NCBI GenBank assembly: GCA_002839535.1
Contig: PGYF01000001.1
Location: 2,352 to 48,395, forward strand
Source: Nitrospira bacterium HGW-Nitrospira-1
GTDB lineage: Bacteria; Nitrospirota; Thermodesulfovibrionia; Thermodesulfovibrionales; UBA6898
Length of the DNA stretch: 46,044 bases
Reading direction: 5' to 3'
Shown here piece by piece: positions 43,814 through 46,044 of the stretch. The stretch's first letter is position 1; every line of letters begins with the position of its first letter. A model generated the notes under the pieces. The model was not told where the DNA came from. It ran no database searches and was given only the letters and a program-made list of their open reading frames with translations. Position numbers and translations under genes: made by a program.

Positions 43814-43877
43814 CCTAAATCACCTCCTTTGTAAAAATCGTGTCAAGGGGAATTTTAAAAAACTTACCAACCTTTTG

Positions 43878-43912
43878 ACTTGTTACTATCGTACAAGTAA
43901 ACTTGTTATAAT
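43878..43912 (+). promoter_or_regulatory. Operator-like palindromes plus a -10 box upstream of the XRE gene
   Basis: ACTTGT (43878-43883), N9, ACAAGT (43893-43898), AA, ACTTGT (43901-43906), immediately followed by TATAAT (43907-43912). No good -35 element at standard spacing. Confidence 0.35.
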
Positions 43913-43943
43913 GCACGTAGAAAATCATCAAGAGGCAAGGGAC

Positions 43944-44351
43944 ATGGAAAACGCAGGTTATAATCTACTCATGGCAAGGAAACTGTCAAAGCCAAGGCCA
44001 AAGGTCGGAGCGCATCTTGCAGCGCTTAGGATTAATGCAGGATTAAGTCAGGTGGACCTGGCTGAAAGGATCGGTGTGCTTCAGCAGACAATTGCTTTTT
44101 GGGAGCAGACCGCTAAGCCGCCACGGTCTGAGATTTTGCTTAAGCTCGCCGAGGCCCTTGACGTGAGTATACAGACATTGCTTACTGAAAACGGCGTTGT
44201 TGCGGTTAAGAAGAAAGGCGGGCCGAACGGAAAGCTCAGGAAGATTTTCGAGGATGCCTCACGTCTGCCCAGGCGTCAGCAGGAGAAGATAGCGGAGTTC
44301 GTTTCGGCGTTTGTTAATCAGTATAAGCAAAACGGGGCACAATCACGATAG
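43944..44351 (+). CDS. XRE-family helix-turn-helix transcriptional regulator
   Basis: LRINAGLSQVDLAERIGVLQQTIAFWEQ HTH_3-type motif. ATG 43944 is preceded by AAGAGGCAAGGGA. Alternative starts are 43911 and 43971. The ORF-track start at 43719 overlaps the divergent gene. Confidence 0.75.
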   Translation: MENAGYNLLMARKLSKPRPKVGAHLAALRINAGLSQVDLAERIGVLQQTIAFWEQTAKPPRSEILLKLAEALDVSIQTLLTENGVVAVKKKGGPNGKLRKIFEDASRLPRRQQEKIAEFVSAFVNQYKQNGAQSR

Positions 44352-44377
44352 GTTGAAGTAAGAGGAGGTAATAAACT

Positions 44378-44608
44378 ATGGAAACATCTGTAGCCACAAC
44401 GATGATTAAGATGCTTGAATCAGTGCCGGATTCACTTCAGGAAGTCGTTGTCGAACATATGCGCGACTATATTGAGGATGTCCGGGATGAGGCTAAATGG
44501 AAGGAGTTGTTTTCCAGACCCCAGGACAAGCTTGTAGCAGCCGCACGTCAGGCCCGCCAGGAAATCTCACAGGGGAAGGGAAGTCCTTTGGATATCGAAG
44601 GATTATGA
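44378..44608 (+). CDS. Putative type II antitoxin
   Basis: 76-aa acidic protein whose stop overlaps the toxin ATG (ATGA at 44605-44608). GAGGAGG Shine-Dalgarno upstream. Confidence 0.55.
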   Translation: METSVATTMIKMLESVPDSLQEVVVEHMRDYIEDVRDEAKWKELFSRPQDKLVAAARQARQEISQGKGSPLDIEGL

Positions 44609-44868
44609 AGTCAGCAACCCTGCCGTCTTTCTGGGAGCATTACGAAAAACTTGCACCGGAGATCAGAACAAAAGCAAAGAAGGCCTACTGTCTTTGGTCT
44701 CAAGACTCTTTCCATCCTTCGTTGCGCTTCAAGTGCATCAACAAGCCGGAGAATATCTGGTCGGTCAGGGTGACGCTTGGATACCGGGCCGTAGGCATTT
44801 TAGACGATGATACTGTGACGTGGTTCTGGATCGGCAACCATGACGATTATGAACGGTTCTTTGGTTGA
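44605..44868 (+). CDS. ParE-like (RelE/ParE superfamily) toxin
   Basis: 87 aa. FWEHYEKL...HPSLRFKCI...IWSVRVTLGYRAVGILDDDTVTWFWIGNHDDYERF matches the ParE-like toxin family pattern as recalled. The ORF-track start at 44497 is inside the antitoxin gene. Confidence 0.6.
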   Translation: MKSATLPSFWEHYEKLAPEIRTKAKKAYCLWSQDSFHPSLRFKCINKPENIWSVRVTLGYRAVGILDDDTVTWFWIGNHDDYERFFG

Positions 44869-44919
44869 ATTCGTAAAAGCACTGCTGCTCGAATAACGGA
44901 TTTACCTACTTGCCTTTTT

Positions 44920-45438
44920 CTATCTTTTCAAGAAATAGATATCAGATATTTTTCTGTATTTTTTATTTGTTTTCGCATCGAGAAAAACCCGATCTATCTT
45001 GGAATTGTCCACAAATAGCGGAGTTCTCAGCATGTCTATGAGTAAGACTCTTGTAGATTTATCAAGCATAAGTAGTCCGTCCAAAAAACACTTTGATTTT
45101 TGTATGCATAACTGCTCGACCGTCTGACTAAAATATTCCTCAAACTCAGCACTGCCAGTTGCTTGTGATCCTCTTATAAGTTTAACCAATCTCAAAAAGG
45201 TGGCAGTATCTTCCACAGAATCGCACTTCTGCGCCTTAGTCGCAGCATTGTGCAATATTTTCCAAAAGAGCGGGTAGTTTTCCCGGTATAGCTTATCGAA
45301 ATTGTCTTGAAGGCACACAAGGTTAGCTTCTCCAAGACATGGATTCTTAGAATAAGTTTCAGCAGCATTACCAAATGAATATGTGAGACATACCATCACA
45401 AAACTCAAAAACAGCAGAATGAGCCGAAAAGCCATCAT
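44920..45438 (-). CDS. Candidate immunity protein for the RHS toxin (secreted/periplasmic)
   Basis: 172 aa. ATGA start/stop overlap with the toxin gene. Signal peptide MMAFRLILLFLSFVMVCLTYSFGNA. AT-rich relative to its surroundings. No recognisable family. Confidence 0.5.
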   Translation of the reverse strand: MMAFRLILLFLSFVMVCLTYSFGNAAETYSKNPCLGEANLVCLQDNFDKLYRENYPLFWKILHNAATKAQKCDSVEDTATFLRLVKLIRGSQATGSAEFEEYFSQTVEQLCIQKSKCFLDGLLMLDKSTRVLLIDMLRTPLFVDNSKIDRVFLDAKTNKKYRKISDIYFLKR

Positions 45439-46044
45439 CGCGTGATCCTTACTGTACCAGTTTCATTAGGCTGCAGGACACTCCAAACATCCTGACATTG
45501 GCTCGGCTCAATGGTGACACAACCAGCTGAACCGCGATTTGTTTGACTATAACCACAGTGGATATTAATCCCGTTGGCAGTGCTTTGGCCTCCTTGTGCA
45601 GGATTAGGACCATTAGTTGGAACGTTGCCGCCGTTATTAACCCTGACTCCTGGCTGAGTCCCTTTGTGACCAGTCGGGCTATACGTCCCAGGATATATCC
45701 CCGGTGCAACGCCTGGACTTGGATTTGTTGGATTAGGCCAGCTACTGCCCGGAACCGTAATCGTTTGTCCATTATTTCCAGTTACGGTAATAGTACCGCC
45801 ATAAGTAGATCCGTTTCGCCCTCCAGTATCATTAACGGTAATTTCAAATAATCCCCAAGGATCAACGAAATTAACCGGATTATTTCCCACATACGCAAAT
45901 TGGTTAATCCCCCCAGCCAGCCCAATTGGATCTTCGCTTATAAATCTCTGAAGCTCAGGGCTGTAATACCTCGCCCTGTAATAATACAGCCCCGTGCCGT
46001 CGTTCTCACGACCTGTATACTGGAAGGGATTGTCAGACGCTTCG
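45435..46044 (-). CDS. RHS-repeat toxin, 3' end (core terminus plus C-terminal toxin domain); the 5' part lies beyond the window
   Basis: The frame is open to the window edge. My translation of 45891-46043 gives EASDNPFQYTGRENDGTGLYYYRARYYSPELQRFISEDPIGLAGGINQFAYV, continuing GNNPVNFVDPWGL (DPWGL at 45849-45863). This is the canonical RHS core end, followed by a 137-aa variable domain. Confidence 0.85.
   Translation of the reverse strand, partial: EASDNPFQYTGRENDGTGLYYYRARYYSPELQRFISEDPIGLAGGINQFAYVGNNPVNFVDPWGLFEITVNDTGGRNGSTYGGTITVTGNNGQTITVPGSSWPNPTNPSPGVAPGIYPGTYSPTGHKGTQPGVRVNNGGNVPTNGPNPAQGGQSTANGINIHCGYSQTNRGSAGCVTIEPSQCQDVWSVLQPNETGTVRITR

Noticed and set aside
43719-43943. N-terminal 75-aa extension of the XRE ORF given by the ORF track
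   Set aside because: The extension overlaps the divergent DUF5659-like gene and the promoter/operator region and has no HTH-family content. Internal ATG 43944 has a purine-rich ribosome-binding site.
45449-45851. Overlapping ORFs 45449-45772 (-) and 45543-45851 (+) within the RHS toxin domain
   Set aside because: These are alternative frames of a region already explained by the RHS C-terminal domain, which is continuous with the canonical DPWGL core end. They have no independent start signals.
1-46044. Visual scan for CRISPR arrays, rRNA, tRNA and IS/transposase genes
   Set aside because: No regularly spaced direct repeats with unique spacers were found; the only tandem repeats are the 20-nt units at 72-131 and 39301-39340, which have no spacers. 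No rRNA-like conserved blocks, no cloverleaf candidates, and no transposase- or integrase-like ORF appear in any frame.

Overview
46-kb window from a diderm, probably anaerobic bacterium; the taxon cannot be assigned from sequence alone. It has four parts. (1) 1-2.8 kb: intergenic repeat elements, then coaE, an FmdB-type zinc-ribbon gene, a TIM-barrel sugar-phosphate isomerase-like gene and a PagL-like outer-membrane deacylase. (2) 2.8-31.7 kb: one co-directional minus-strand operon of about 27 genes with tight or overlapping junctions. It contains the full aryl-polyene (APE)-type type II FAS/PKS lipid toolkit: 3 KS, 2 CLF-like proteins, 3 ACPs, KR, hot-dog dehydratases, 4HBT thioesterase, 2 adenylating enzymes, LpxL-like and PlsC-like acyltransferases, GT2, LolA-like protein, MMPL exporter and a lipoprotein. 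On top of that it carries five radical SAM enzymes (three B12-binding class B, one HemN-like, one SPASM-type fused to a dehydratase hot-dog domain), two flavin oxidoreductases (one phytoene-desaturase-like), a condensation-like acyltransferase that is split by a frameshift, and a NodB-type deacetylase lipoprotein. This is the main candidate for an undescribed system, namely a radical-tailored, outer-membrane-targeted polyene or fatty-acyl glycolipid pathway. The product cannot be deduced from sequence. (3) 31.8-42.2 kb: housekeeping genes nadA, an SLT transglycosylase, queE, an EamA transporter, rarA, coaD, rsmD, purN, a SurA-like PPIase, fabD and ferredoxin-fused etfAB. (4) 42.2-46 kb: an accessory patch with a second copy of the repeat element, a CGGC-domain protein, an orphan primase zinc-finger gene with a DUF5659-like gene, an XRE regulator, a ParE-like toxin/antitoxin pair, and the 3' end of an RHS toxin gene (YkuD/Tlde1-like C-terminal domain) coupled to a signal-peptide-bearing immunity candidate. 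No rRNA, tRNA or CRISPR array was recognised.
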